This document shows positions 19,744 to 32,639 of a stretch of DNA of 64,000 bases, piece after piece. The position numbers were made by a program, and so were the translations under genes. Under the pieces are notes generated by a model, which did no database searches, had not been told where the DNA came from, and saw only the letters and a program-made list of their open reading frames with translations. The DNA comes from Callorhinchus milii (lineage: Eukaryota): contig NW_024704772.1 in assembly GCF_018977255.1 (NCBI RefSeq), positions 1,054,001 to 1,118,000 on the forward strand, written 5' to 3'. Position 1 is the stretch's first letter. Each line of letters opens with the position of its first letter.

Positions 19744-22700
19744 CCAATCTTAAAGGTGTGCCTGCAGCTTGCGTCAGACAGCCTTTGGGTGAAATTCCAA
19801 AAGTGATTGACTATGTAAAGATAAACTGATTGTTTCCGCGTCTCTCTCTCTCTCTCTCTCTCTCGGCGGTGAGTGTTTATCACATGTTACTCTTGACACT
19901 GTGGGTGTTGCTTTTAAAAGTCACGAATGAGCTCTTAAACGTTTATGACCTTGCATTTCTAGTTCCCAGTAAAGGGGAAGTATTATTGTCGGCATTTTGT
20001 TCCCAAGGTGAGAGATTTAATTACACAGGAAGATTATCTGGGGACAAATTGTACAACCTCTTGTGTTTATGCGGCTTTAGGTTAAGGAGATTGACACTCC
20101 CTGGGATGCTAACGTGCGCGAAGGCGTTAGATAAATGCAAGTTGTTGATATTTTTCTTGCCCATCCACAGAGGACATCAGTTGCAACGTGTAAAAATAAA
20201 TGGAAATATAGAGAAGAGATAAATTTAACACAGCGCCTTTCCCGTTGGGAGGACGTCTCAAAGCGCTTTCACTGTTTAGTGTAGTGACTGTGTGTTTTGC
20301 AGGCGAAGGGGCCAGCCAATTTGCGCCAGCGAAGTCCCCACAAACAGCCGTGAAGTGAGCGAGCGATTTTATTTGGGGGGAAGTGTGGGGGAGAAGGATC
20401 GTCAGCCAGAACGTTGGAAGAGAGAAACTCTCCTTCCTCTTTTTTACAGGGACTTGAGCTCGCAGTTCAGGCTCAAGCTCTTACACTGGGAGAGAGAACT
20501 GGTCACGGTATTTTGCAGTGCACATAAAGGCTGTGTCATTTGCCTAAAATACAGTCACTACACGCCCCTCGAGACATTTCGATCTGCAAAGCGCATTGTT
20601 AAAATGTTACTGCACTGCCTGGTGTGATATTACTGGGAAATGAGGTCGCGTTTGCGTGCGATTTAAGGGACAGGTTGGTATGAGGAAGAAACAAATACTT
20701 AGGAAATAAGACTGAAGCGAGTGGAAACGCCAGTTAAATAATGCCGTGATAATAGTCCTTGCATTTGATACAGCTCCTTACCACGTCGTTGTTACCACTC
20801 TCGGCACAGAGTACACTGTAAAGGGGAGTGACTGTGTATTTTTTTGGGCGAAACGCGTAAGCCAATTGCGCACATCAGTGTCGCACAAACAGTCATGGAT
20901 TGAGTGATCAAACTATTATTTTTTGGAGGGATTATTACCCCCGGGAAAAGTAATCCCACAATCGACTAACAATGGGGTTCCTAGGTAAACAGAGGCGTGC
21001 GTGGAGTAAGGAAACTGCCTAAGGTTTCGCCCCGTCTGGGAATCGAACCCGGGATCCTCCTGCTTGTGGGAAGCGAAAGAGACCTGAACGTGTGACACAT
21101 GAGCACGTGTATCGAGAGGGGAATTATTCACCTCTCGTGTAAAAGTGGGTGTGATGGTAAAGAGAGGCTTTATTTAGATCAGGAACCAAACCCTTTGTCA
21201 CCTTGTCGCTGTCGCAACAGTCCTGTTGACTCACGTCCCTGTTTGTTGTGACGTTTGTCACTTGGAGATCGGTGGGGGGTGGGGGGGAACACGTGAAACG
21301 GTGGGAGACTTTTACCAGACACTTCCCTGTCACCCGAGCCCCAAATAATCGCGTTGGAGTGGGAGAGATTTGCCTGACAGAATTGGGCGAATTGGCTGCC
21401 ATGTTTGCCTACAATACACACAGTCACTACACTTTATACTGTATCCTGTCGAGGGCTTTGAGACATCCATCCCACAGTGTGATAAGAGGGAGATCAGTAT
21501 TATTAGTGTTTATTGTAAGGTCACGCTGTGTGATTGAACTTAATCAGATCAGATTGCACTTAAAGGCTTTCCTCTTCAACTGTGCCTATTGTCACCTCCC
21601 CCCCTCTCCCCATCCCAGGCTCGGTGTCAGGCTCCAACACTGTCCGAGACACTGCCCTGCGTGCAGGGTGCTGTGTAAACAGTTGTTGTTGTTGAAGTTC
21701 ATTGACATCCCTGAGTTGTCTTGTCTGGTCAGAGTGCTCGTGACTTGGGGACATTAACGTCCTGATGTGACTGCCCGCTCCATCCACCACCTATCTGTCC
21801 AGCCCTCCCTTCCTCACCTCTTTCAAGGTCCATCTCAAGACCTTCCTCTTTGACCGTCTTGGCCATCTTTCCCCACCCCCACTCGGCTCCCACCCACAGC
21901 TCGGGTGCCCAGCCTGGACTGTGATACCCTCCTGACATGACAGGCGTTGTGTCAATATGTGTTTATGTGTTTTAAAACATCGTGTGTTTTAGCTCCAGGG
22001 TGACAGGATTACATGTGATGACCAACCCTCTTGCACAGAGCTGCACTGATTGTAATGCTCAGTCTGACTCAGAGGGTGGGTTCTCAGGTCCCACAGAGGG
22101 TTGGGAAGCACAAACCGGGAAAAATTCCTTCCTCACTTGTTGTGACCACACGTATCCAGGTGACGTAGCTCCAGTGAAGAGGATCGTGGTCAAAGTGCCA
22201 ACAGAACCAGCTCAGTGTTGCTAAACCAGTAGTACCAGTGAGCCCGCCAGACACACCTCATCTGATCCTTCTTCATTCAGTGGGTGTTATGATCGCCTTT
22301 CAGATTTTGGGCTTAAGATCAAGTGTAGCGTCTGTCCTTGTGAAGGAGCCCTGTAGCATGTTGGTTAGAGCCCTCGCCTCGGAGGATCTGGGTTCGATTC
22401 CCGGGCAGGACGCAACACTGGGCAAGTTTCCTTACACACACGCCTCTGCTTACCCAGCAGTCAGCAGGGACCCGGTTGTTGGTTGATTGGTGGATTGCTT
22501 TCCGGGAATAATAATCTCTTCACGAAAAAAATGTTCTTGTTATTCACTAAATCCATGACTGTTTGTGGGTCTGTGCGAGATCGGCATTCAACTGCAAGAA
22601 AGCCGATCAATTGTGGGCAGAGTACATGTACCCACAATTGATGTACTTTCACGCAGTGGAATGCAGACGAGGGTAAAGGTAGGATTTTGAGTAGTGACTG

Positions 22701-23989
22701 AACAATACACCCTATGCTTGCGTTATCAGAACTGATTATGGAAACATACAGCGCCTTATTTCATCAGAATGTCTCAGGATTTTACTGTAAACTGTTTGCC
22801 CTTTGATAGTGGGCGCCTCTATCAGAGGACAATGGGAACAGTGTCGCAATCGAACCCAGGTCCTGTTGCTTGCGAGGCGAGCGGGCGAACCACTACGCCA
22901 CAGGACTCCACAGAGGTGGAGAGGCGCAGGTCATTATTTACCCCTCCCTCCCAGAAGTGGGGCGGGGGGCGGGGGGGGGGGGTAGAACTCAGGAGAGTGA
23001 GTTCAGCTGAAGTCACCTTGCTCCCTCTTCACATAACAGGGTTTCCGACAGGTGTGATGACACAGATTGCACACCTGTGCGGTGAGATAAATGGCTATAT
23101 TTACCCATGGAAACAGTATAAATAGGATTAATTCATGCAAAACACGGGGGATCTGGCCTGGACAGGCCTGGTAAATGGGTCACACGCGATGTGCAGTTGG
23201 TGGATTGGGTAATTATCCAACCGTGTGTGTGACCTTCCAACCAGTGCCTTGACCCGTTGGGTTCCTGAACGGTGACAGCTTGGTGACTGCCGATGAAATC
23301 ACAATTACCTTTATTATTAAAGGTAATGGCCAACTCTCCCTCCGCTCAGCAAGCTCCGGCCTGATGGGGAACTCTGAGGTGTCTGCTGGGGACTTCCTAG
23401 GAGCTGGGGAAAATCGGCTTTCCCCTGACACAAATGGCGCTGCGGCAATGTAAACTGGTTGCTATTGATATATATGGTATAATTATATATTGATATATCA
23501 AGACGTGATAAGACGCTATATCAAATGTAAGGATTATTATTATTGTTGTTCATCCTCGCGTTTCATTTATCCCGTTGTCGAGACGCCTCTAAGCGCTTCA
23601 CAGGAATTTACAATGAAGCATAGTGACTGTTTTTTCTGGGCGAATGTGCTATTCTTTGTGGTGTCCAGGGCACTTTTGCACTAGCCCTAGTGCTAAGCTT
23701 TGCAGAGGGGGTTCACATAGCGTGAATGAATGTAGTCTCGTCTAGTCCAGTCCTGCCAGGTACTGGCTGGCTCGTGTGTAGAGGGCACCCTCACACAGCG
23801 CTGGGTGGAAGGAGGGAGCTCTCTCTCTCTCTACCTGATGGTCACAGAAGCCACCCTTTGCCGGCTGTGTCTGTAGTGTAAACAGGACAAGCTGTGATCT
23901 AAGCCAAACCCATTGCTGCCAGCAAGGGGGTTGGTGTAATTGGGGCCGGTGTGTTGGGTCGCAGTCTCCTCCTTGTGCAGCCCAAAGGG

Positions 23990-24074
23990 TATATAAAGTG
24001 GAAGGAATCACCTCATAGATAACATCGTGTTCCTCTCTGACTTGCTGCTGCTTCAGGCTGCGAAGACCACGAGG
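23990..24074 (+). promoter_or_regulatory. TATA box and non-coding exon 1 of the parvalbumin gene
   Basis: TATATAAA near 23990 and donor GAGG|GTGAGT at 24074/24075; parvalbumin genes have a short non-coding first exon. Confidence 0.65.
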
Positions 24075-24666
24075 GTGAGTTAATCCTCACGTCCGATACA
24101 GCGTCTCTCACCTCGAGACAGACGTCCCAATGCTCTTCATGGGGTTTTACTGCTCCTCTGGGACGTTACCTTGCGTGAGGAGCGCTATGTAAATGCAAGT
24201 TGTTGTACTGTAAAAGACTGTAGTGACTGTGTATTTTGTAGGCGAACGCAACAATTTGCAATCTGCGCACAGCGACATCCCCACAAACAGTTGTGAAATG
24301 AGCGACTGGTTTTATTAGGTGAGGGAGGGGGAGGATTGTCAGCCAGGACACCAGGAGAGAGAAACCTCCTTCTCTTTTTGGGCTGCAAAGAGCAGAGGCT
24401 TAGCTGTCGTGTGTGTGTGTATTGTAACCCCATCTTCAGGTGGTACCTGAAGACCTTCCTCTTCGATGGTGCTACGGTCACCTCCCCTCTCCCTCACTCC
24501 CGGCTCAGCGTCATGCTCTGCCACTGTCAAGCGCTCTGGGACGCCACCCTGCGTGAGGGGGCGCGGTGTAAGTGTAAAGGTTGTGTGTGTGTGTGTGTGT
24601 TGAGGAACATCTGCCCAGTGCAGACTCCAATGACTTGCATCACCTTCATTCTCCCACAGATTTCCA

Positions 24667-26782
24667 ATGGGGATCACAGACTACCTGGATGCTGGCGATG
24701 TGGCTGCTGCTTTAGCCCAGTGCAAGGGTAAAGTATTCCATCTCGTCCTGTAAGGCTCCCCCGAGAGCTCCGGGACACTGCAGGGTGCCATGTAAATGCA
24801 ATTTGTTGTTGTCGTTTATCGTTTCTTGGTCAGCTGGATTTCCGCACGTGTCAGACACTCGGCTGACCACACCCACACGCCCCCCCCCCACCACCCCTTG
24901 TAAATGCCTTGTAGATCCATGAAAATGCATTGACCAAATGCCTGGTCAGAAAGAGAGGTGTTCAGGTGTAATTTGAGGGAGGGAGGGATGGACGAAGGGA
25001 GGGAGAGAGAGAAGGGGGTACACGGAGGAGGGAGATTCAGGGACATAGTTGCCGAAGGCTGATGGTGGCAGGGAGGAGCCAGACCAGAGTTGAAGTGTAG
25101 CGTAGTGACAGTGTATTTTGTGGCGGGCAGTTTGTGCACAGCAACGTGCTCTTGCAATCAATTGTGAAGTGTGCGAGCGAGGGGTTTCATTTGGGCTTAT
25201 CTCGCGGTAACGTAACATTTGATTTGATTGCAGCCGCAGACTCCTTCAGCTTCAAGCAGTTCTGTGCAACGTCCGGTTTGGCGAAGAAATCTTCCGATAC
25301 AGTCAACAAAATCTTTAACATCATTGACGAAGATGGCAGTGGTTACATCGAGGCCAAGGAGCTCAAGTAAGAATAATCACCCGGCTCCACTGGCTCCCCT
25401 CCCACAGAGGATAGAGTTGAAAATCCTCGTCCTCGCCTTCAAAGCCCTCCATGGCCTTACCCCTCCCTACCTCTGTGACCTGCTAACCTCCATGCAGACC
25501 TGTCCGGTCCCTCCACTCAGTGGCTCCGGCCTGCTCCTTGTCCCCCTTCCTGCCCGTCCCACTATCAGTGATCGGGTCTTCAGCCCCCTTTGGAGCTCCA
25601 TCCTCGAGTGCCTACGCCTCCCCCCCCCCTCCCTTGCCTTCCCCGTGAGTGTCAGCTTAGACTGTATGATTCTGAGTCCCGATTTGGGGGTTTGAACCCA
25701 TAACCTTTTGACTCAAGAGGCGAGAGCGCCACCACTTGGCCAGGCTGACACACGCACCTGTATATCGCGCTCTTCACACGGGGTGGCATCTCAGAGCGTG
25801 TAAGGTGGGTGTTGTGTGGTGCCAGGGGCTAGTGACACGTGGCGCTGAGTTGCCAGAGTTCGGTGATTGACGTGTGCTCTTGGTTTCAGGTTCTTCCTTC
25901 AGAATTTCTCCTCCGACGCCAGGGAGCTGGGCGACTCCGAGATCAAGACTGTCCTCTCGGCCATGGGCATGAGCGACGATGGGAAAATGAATGCCACCGG
26001 TGGGTGGGCTTAACCGCTTGTACATCTCAGGTCACCTGCTCTCTGCGCTGCCACGATTCGCTTGCCGTAGGCTTAAGGCTAGTTAAGCGCTACCCTACCC
26101 GAAGGCCGCTGTGTTGATGGAGGCTGTTGTTGTGGATCCAGGAGCTCAGATAATAATATGTATATAATATTATATATATATAATTATATAATATTGAGAA
26201 TAATATAATGAGAATAATCCTTGCATTTGATAAGGCACCTTATCATGTTGTCGAGATGGTTAGGGTAAAGCGATGGAACCGTGTGTATTTTGCGCGAGAA
26301 CGCGGCAGCCAATTTGCACACAGTGCCGTCCCCACAAGTCCCTGACAAGGGGCGGGCAGTGTGGCTCTGACCCACAATCTTTTTTGACTCAGAGGCAAGA
26401 GTGTGACTGAATGAGCTATAGGCTGACAGGATACACTGTCAAGTTTTATAACTGTATGCTTTGTTCACCCGCGTATATACAGTACCGCACAGCTCACAAG
26501 CTACAGGCTGACAAAACCTCTTCTCAATCCAGTCTTTATAATAATAATAATATTAATAATCTTGCATTTGATACAGTGTTATCATGTCTTTGAGACGTCT
26601 CAAAGCGCTTCACAGGATATACTATTAAAGTGAATGGACTGTATATTTTGTGGGCGAAACGCGGCAGTCAATTGGGCAAAGCAGCGCCCCACAAACCGTC
26701 GTGGATTGAGTGACCAATTTATTATTATTTTATTACTCTTTGCTTTGTGTTTGCAGAATTCCAGAAACTGGTATCCGCGTAG
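24667..26782 (+). CDS. Parvalbumin, beta/thymic (oncomodulin-like) lineage, 109 aa, with a degenerate EF-site loop
   Basis: Exons 24667-24727 (61), 25234-25366 (133), 25890-25999 (110) and 26757-26782 (26), the typical parvalbumin layout. Protein: [115 protein letters not shown] at 27018. Confidence 0.95.
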
Positions 26783-29239
26783 AGAAAAACGGGAGCCGCG
26801 GACACCCACATCGCGTTGGCTCAGAACCTTGCGGAAGAAACAGTTAGTTATTTGCGAACTATCTCACCCACACTGTCCTCGTAACCAATGCAGCAAATCT
26901 TCCTCCCCCCTCCCCTCCACTGACATGATCTTTGTCAGAGAGTATCCTGCCGAGGGTACATTGTTTTACTGAGGTATCATGACATCAAGGAACAAGAGGT
27001 GTGAGTGTTGTAATACCAATAAAAAAAAATCCGATGAGAAATGAGATTGTTATTGACTGCACATGCGATCCCGATTATTTGCAACAGGAAAGCAATTGAG
27101 AAAGAATTATTCTATTATACTGTTAATAATAGTGAGCCTCGCATTTGATAGAGCCCCTCACCACATTGTTGAGACGTGCAAGCGATATCAATGGCAAGCT
27201 GTGCGGTTTTAGCTGGTTAGACTCCCGCAGTTACCCCAACGCACCATCTGGGCTCCCACCAAGCCTTGGCTCTGGCCAACCCGCGCCTAAAACTCTCCGG
27301 AATTAGGTAAGCAGGGTGCGTCCCTCCGGGGAGCGAGAGAGAGAGAGTGCGCATCCCATCCCAACAATCTATCTCTGGAATTTCCGTGTGTAGGTTGAGC
27401 AGGTGGAATTCTCGGCTTGGGTTTGGATACGCCCAAACACGGCGATGGGTTTCCGTGTGTGTCAGACACCCGCCTGACAACAACAAGGTATAATCCCACT
27501 TTGCGTCTTTTTTCTTTTGGCTCTCAAAAAATAAACACCCGGCGTACAAAACTTCCATATATAAAAACAATCATCAAGAGTTACCAGACGGGCAGCAGGC
27601 AGGGAGCTCCGGCCATATTAATGTCAATAATGATCGTGGTTGCAGTTGGTATAAAGCGCCTTATATGTCGTTGCGCTTCACTGTAAAGTGGGGGGACTGT
27701 AAAGCGTCTTGTCAAGCGCTCTGGGACGCTACACTGGTCAAGGGGCGCGATACAAACGCAAGTTGTTGTTTGTTGTTGTTGACTGTATTTGGGGAGTGGG
27801 GGGTGGGGGGGGGAGTGGCAAAAAGGCTGTGCGGGTTTAACCCTAACTTGCGTGAAGTGCGCTATATGAATGCGAGTTGTTGTTGAATCGCTCTCCTCGG
27901 TGCTGTATATAGCGCTGACGTTCAATGATCTCAGAATCACCGCTATACTTTATTCCAGGAACTATCAGGGTCCTTCGCCTCTTTCTCTATCATCGGTGAT
28001 TGAATATAGGCCCCAGTCAGAGCGATCTCAAGAACTAGTCACAACACTTTACTTATCGTTTGTAAATTTTTATTCAACAAGTGATATTCTACAAGCGGAT
28101 CTTTCCCGACACGGCGCATGCGCATGGAGGCAAAACAAAAAGAACTTTTGCCCAACAAGCAATCTTATACTTTTTAAGAACTGCTCAACAAACGGAGAGC
28201 ACCTGGGAATTACGCCTCTATCAGTTCCCAACACATACCTCAAGTCTCTTTCCCAAATGCCCTGATTCTCTCCTGTTCTCTACCGTTTATCCCTAACTTG
28301 TTCCTTATTCTTGAGGCTGCAAATGCATCATTCTTATCATGACTTCTGTCTTTGTTCCATCCGTTTATCTGTTGTTCATCCCTTGTCAACGTATCTTAAA
28401 CTTGCATGTTAACCACATCCCCTCTTTTATTACTGGAGCTATCTCCCAAACCATTGGTGGATCACTTTTCCGGAGGGAATAATTCCTTCCAAAAAAAATG
28501 TGATAAATTGGTCACTCAACCCACGACTGTTTTTGGGACACTGCTGTGCGCAATTGGCTGCCATGTTTCACCCACCAAATATACAGTATATCCTGTGAAG
28601 CGTTTTGGGACGTCCTCCTGACGTGAAAGGCGCTTTATAAATGGAATCTTGTTGTTGTTGTTGTTTGAGACGTCTGGAAGACGTGATAAGGTGCTGGTAT
28701 TAAATGCAAGGATTATTAATACATCACACGGCCAACCAGTCGCCCGCGGGTCAGAAGTGGTCCACAGGTCCATCAAGAGGTGGTCCCCCAAACCTTTGCA
28801 TAAATGTAGGTAAGTCCGTATTTGATCCATAGTGTATTTTTCTGTTTTTTGTTGAATATTTCCTGATTTATGGCATATTTCAATTGAGAAAATGTCCATA
28901 AAGGATGTCGACCACTGGTCTATATTGCTAAAATCATAACAAATTTATATTTCTTTCTGGCAAAGCTCAGCAATAATATATATTTATACATCTATGTGTG
29001 TATGTTCCTATGATGCATTATTCTTATGCCAACTCACCCATGATTATTCCGTGGGCAGTGCTGGGGATTGGAAAAGCTGAATGGAACAGGACATGGATGT
29101 AGGGTTTAAGGGGCAGTTGGGCGTTGAATAAGATACCGAGTTTCTGCACTGGTTCCAAGAGGTTGAGTGTGCGTCCATGTCGATTGATGCTGTCAGGCCT
29201 GAGGTGAGAAGGCTCTGATGGGAGCCTGAACTTCCATAT

Positions 29240-29720
29240 AACATTAGAACATAAGAATTAGGAGCAGGAGTCGGCCATTCAGCCCTTCGTGCCTGCTCCG
29301 CCATTCAATAAGATCATGGCTGATCTTCTCACCTAACTCTGATCATCTGCCCTATCCCCATATCCCCTAATCCCTCTATTTTTAAAAAATCTATCAGTCT
29401 CAGCCTTGAAGATGTTGAAGGACTGACATCTACAGCCCTTCTGGGGGAGTGGATTCCATAAATTCACTGCCCTCTGAGTGAAGAAATGTTTCCTCAACTC
29501 TGTTCTAAAAGGCTGACCCTTAATTTTCAGACTGTGACCCCCGGTTATAGATTCTCCTACTGGGGAAACAGACCCTCAGTGTCTACTTTATCAGCCCTTT
29601 AAGAATCTTATATGTTTCAATAAGATCCCCCCTAATTCATCTGTACTCTGGAGAATACAGCCCCAGTTTATTCAGACTATCCTCATAGGTCAGTCCCCTC
29701 ATCCCAGGAACTAACCGAGT
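29240..29720 (-). mobile_element. CR1-type LINE 3' fragment within a ~1.7-kb insertion specific to duplicate A
   Basis: Typical CR1 3'-end sequence (AGAACATAAGAATTAGGAGCAGGAGTCGGCCATTCAGCCC on the + strand). The span 28185-29930 is absent from unit B, where the flanks join near 34595. Confidence 0.7.
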
Positions 29721-30003
29721 GAATTACAGCACAGAAACAGGCCATTTGCCCCAATCAATCTATGCCAGTGTTCGTAGCCTACACCCGCCCCCATCCCAAC
29801 CTGAATCTTACTTTAATATTATTGGATTATTTCTTGTAGCTAAAATATTGCGCAAATATGCTTAGAAGAATGGAATGATTTATTAATATTATGATGATGA
29901 TTTCTGTCCTGTAAATGATGCTCATTTCTATTAGGTCCCTTCTTATAACCATTTCTGCTCTTGGCAACAAATTATCATTCCCTCCTTCACTCCGTCCCTT
30001 CTC

Positions 30004-31272
30004 TTAATCGAGGAATAATTCATAGACATAAACCTCCCCGTCGGTCTGGGTCACTATCAGGTTGTCGTCTTCATCGACTGTTATGGCGCGAGGCTTTTTT
30101 ATCCCATCCTTAGCAGCCAGCATTTCCCGTTTGAATATCCCCGTGGGAGAGAATGAGATGATGCAGCCTGGCTCGCTTACGTAGATATTGTCGTATTTGT
30201 CAACGCAAACGCCAAAAGGATTCAGGCATCGAGGCACCCCTTGCATCAAGATCTCGTCACAAACCCTTAAGACATCCCCACTCCTCGTAAAGATAACCAG
30301 GCATTTCTTGCCGACGTCAGACACGATGAAATTCTCTTGGCTGCTCACCGCGACGAAGAGAAAGCGGTTACCTTGATACCCTCGTGGCTTCACTCGGTCA
30401 ATGGCTTGACCATCGAGGTTGTAGAGAGACAGCGAACACAACGTCCCCTCGCTGACCACCAAATACTCGTCTTTGTAAGCGGTGATGGGGTAACTGGGTT
30501 CCGAACCTTTGAGCAAAAGCTGTTTCACGAGATCACCGTTGAGTTCTACGATATAAAGCTGGCCATCCGCAGAGTAAGCGATCTGGTCACCGCACACCGT
30601 GACGCTGCACGGATCCTTGTCTGTGTCGGCCACTGAGAACCACATCCGGAAAGACCCATCAATCGAGTAACTCTTCAGAGTGCCGTTGGCTTCATCCACC
30701 AAAATGATGTCTCCCTTCCTCAGCATGCTGACGCCGGTCAGCTTAGGAGTATAGGAGTCTCGATGGAGCTCAGTGTTGAAACTGCAGCGAAGAGTTGGTC
30801 GTTGCCAAACCTTTGTCACAAGCTTGAGAGCATCACAGCTGGTGGCAGAGAGCATCAGCACCCTGTGGTGGTGCTGTGAGAGAGTTGAGAGGTGCTTATT
30901 TGTGCAGAGCTGACACATGAAACTGGGGCAGTCAAGGCACTCGGTGACCGCGGGTCTATCGTGCCGCCATTTTGGTGGGCAAACGTTACACATCTTGTCA
31001 ATCTTCTCATTGAGTTGCAAAGCGTTGAGAAGGTCGTTGATGTAGAAGTTTGTCCTCAGGTTGCTGATGCCTCCTTTACTCAGGATGACTTCCTCTCTGC
31101 ATTCCGGGCACTGAAAGACTTTGGTTTTGTGTGGCACCAGCTTCCTCAGACACTCCTCACAGTAAGTGTGGAGGCACGGCAGGGCCTTGGGGTTATAGTA
31201 TTTCTCAAAGCAGAGTTTGCAATTGAGAAAATCTTTCTTAATGATCTCTGCAAAGGAGGAGGATGTTGCCAT
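30004..31272 (-). CDS. TRIM56-like paralogue A, 422 aa: RING, B-box1 and NHL repeats; lacks B-box2 and coiled coil
   Basis: Uninterrupted ORF from ATG 31272 (GCCATGG Kozak, just downstream of a TTGCAG acceptor). C3HC4 RING DFLNCKLC..LPCLHTYCEEC..CPEC, LRTNFYINDLL, intact B-box1 and NHL-like repeats (LNPFGVCVD, KPRAITVDEDDNLIVT). Confidence 0.88.
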   Translation of the reverse strand: MATSSSFAEIIKKDFLNCKLCFEKYYNPKALPCLHTYCEECLRKLVPHKTKVFQCPECREEVILSKGGISNLRTNFYINDLLNALQLNEKIDKMCNVCPPKWRHDRPAVTECLDCPSFMCQLCTNKHLSTLSQHHHRVLMLSATSCDALKLVTKVWQRPTLRCSFNTELHRDSYTPKLTGVSMLRKGDIILVDEANGTLKSYSIDGSFRMWFSVADTDKDPCSVTVCGDQIAYSADGQLYIVELNGDLVKQLLLKGSEPSYPITAYKDEYLVVSEGTLCSLSLYNLDGQAIDRVKPRGYQGNRFLFVAVSSQENFIVSDVGKKCLVIFTRSGDVLRVCDEILMQGVPRCLNPFGVCVDKYDNIYVSEPGCIISFSPTGIFKREMLAAKDGIKKPRAITVDEDDNLIVTQTDGEVYVYELFLD

Positions 31273-31904
31273 GGCAATGGGATGCTGAGACAATCTGCAA
31301 TGACACACAGCATCGGGTTAATGCATTACTTTGCTTGCTCACTCTCTTGCTCAGTCACTGCCGTCCAGAGCAAAGGAAGATGGCCTAAAATAAGTACCCA
31401 CACATAGATTCACAATTTTTCCAGGTTAATAATGTGATTTAAATGAAATATAGTGACAATTTGAATTAACGGGAGTAAAGACAGCCTATGGCTCAGTGGG
31501 AAGCACTCGCGAGTCAGAAGGTTGGAGGTTCCAGCCCCTAAGTTGGGGACTCTGGCGCTATTCGAAAAGAGAAGGTAGTTTCTCAACCCAGGTATCCTGG
31601 CCAACATTCCCCCCCCCCCCCCCCCGCACCCGATAAAATCACTCATTTACCCCAGCCCTGTTTGTGGGAATGTCGCTGCTCAAATTTGGCTGTTGCATTC
31701 GCCTACAAAATACACAGTCACTGCAATTCACAACAGAATCCCTGTGAATAGCTTTGACAGTGTGTAAAGGCACTGTTTCAAATGAAAGGGTTATTGATTG
31801 TCAAGAAGTAAAAAGTGGCATTAACAAACAACAGTGATTTGTTGGCACTGATGTCATATGTGGACGTGTCTGTTATTTGGAAAAGAAACCTAATTTGCAG
31901 AATA

Positions 31905-31916
31905 GAAAGTGAAACT
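31905..31916. promoter_or_regulatory. ISRE (GAAAGTGAAACT) upstream of TRIM56-like A
   Basis: Exact match to the AGTTTCNNTTTC consensus, identical in the duplicate at 38344; a GAAAAGAAA tandem lies about 25 bp away in both copies. Confidence 0.7.
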
Positions 31917-32630
31917 TAAAACGTCTCGAGTGTCCTTCTGTACACTTACGTCAGGATGCGCTTATGGGCTACCCACGGTTGTGCCGGAACGGCTTCTGCT
32001 GGGGTCGGGCGCTACCCGGCCTTTGAGCCGCAATTCAGCTTGTCCCTCAGTATATATCGGGAGGAATCCTGAGGTGACAGCCAGCGACATCTGGCAAAAT
32101 GCCTTGTCGTTGGCTCTGACTAAACATGGCTGGCGATTAAAAAGGCTCTGGACCTCCCGGCTTTCGTGTACGGTCGCGGTCTGGGCCAGTCAGCCCGTTG
32201 CCCTCGGGCCGCTGCAGGGGCCAGGAGACCGTGGACAACCTCTTCTGGGAGTTAACCTTTGTGTACCTGAAAGGTACAAGGTGCAGACTGAAATAGCAGT
32301 GGGAATTTGATCCTTGCCTGGATAAGTAAGCTGACTCCCCAATTTATCATACATGCAACAAACAGTCTTAGCTTCGTTGTGGATCAGGGGCAAATAGGTA
32401 AAGCAGTAATTCCCCCTCCCCGCCCCACCCACCCACCTCAACACTGAAGCTGGAGAGGCGATCTGGAGTTATCAAAATCATACTCACTTTTACAGCAGGA
32501 GCTGATGTTGATCTTCAGACTGCAGGGCGTGAACTGTCAAAACTCCTCTGTTCACAGCGTCTAAGCTCACAAACTGTGCTGCGATTGGGCAGCTCCAGGC
32601 TCCACCTCACTGCCTGTTCGGTTGTCTTGG

Positions 32631-32639
32631 TTCCGGGAA
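32631..32639. promoter_or_regulatory. GAS/STAT element TTCCGGGAA
   Basis: Perfect TTCN3GAA palindrome upstream of TRIM56-like A; the equivalent position in unit B is interrupted by an L2 insertion. Confidence 0.4.

Noticed and set aside
19900-19955. Retinoic-acid response element upstream of the GPRC5 gene
   Set aside because: Only one good AGGTCA half-site, with no convincing DR2/DR5 partner.
23000-23125. Muscle enhancer upstream of parvalbumin (E-boxes plus MEF2-like CTATATTTAC)
   Set aside because: The MEF2 match is imperfect and E-boxes are common by chance; not supportable without conservation data.
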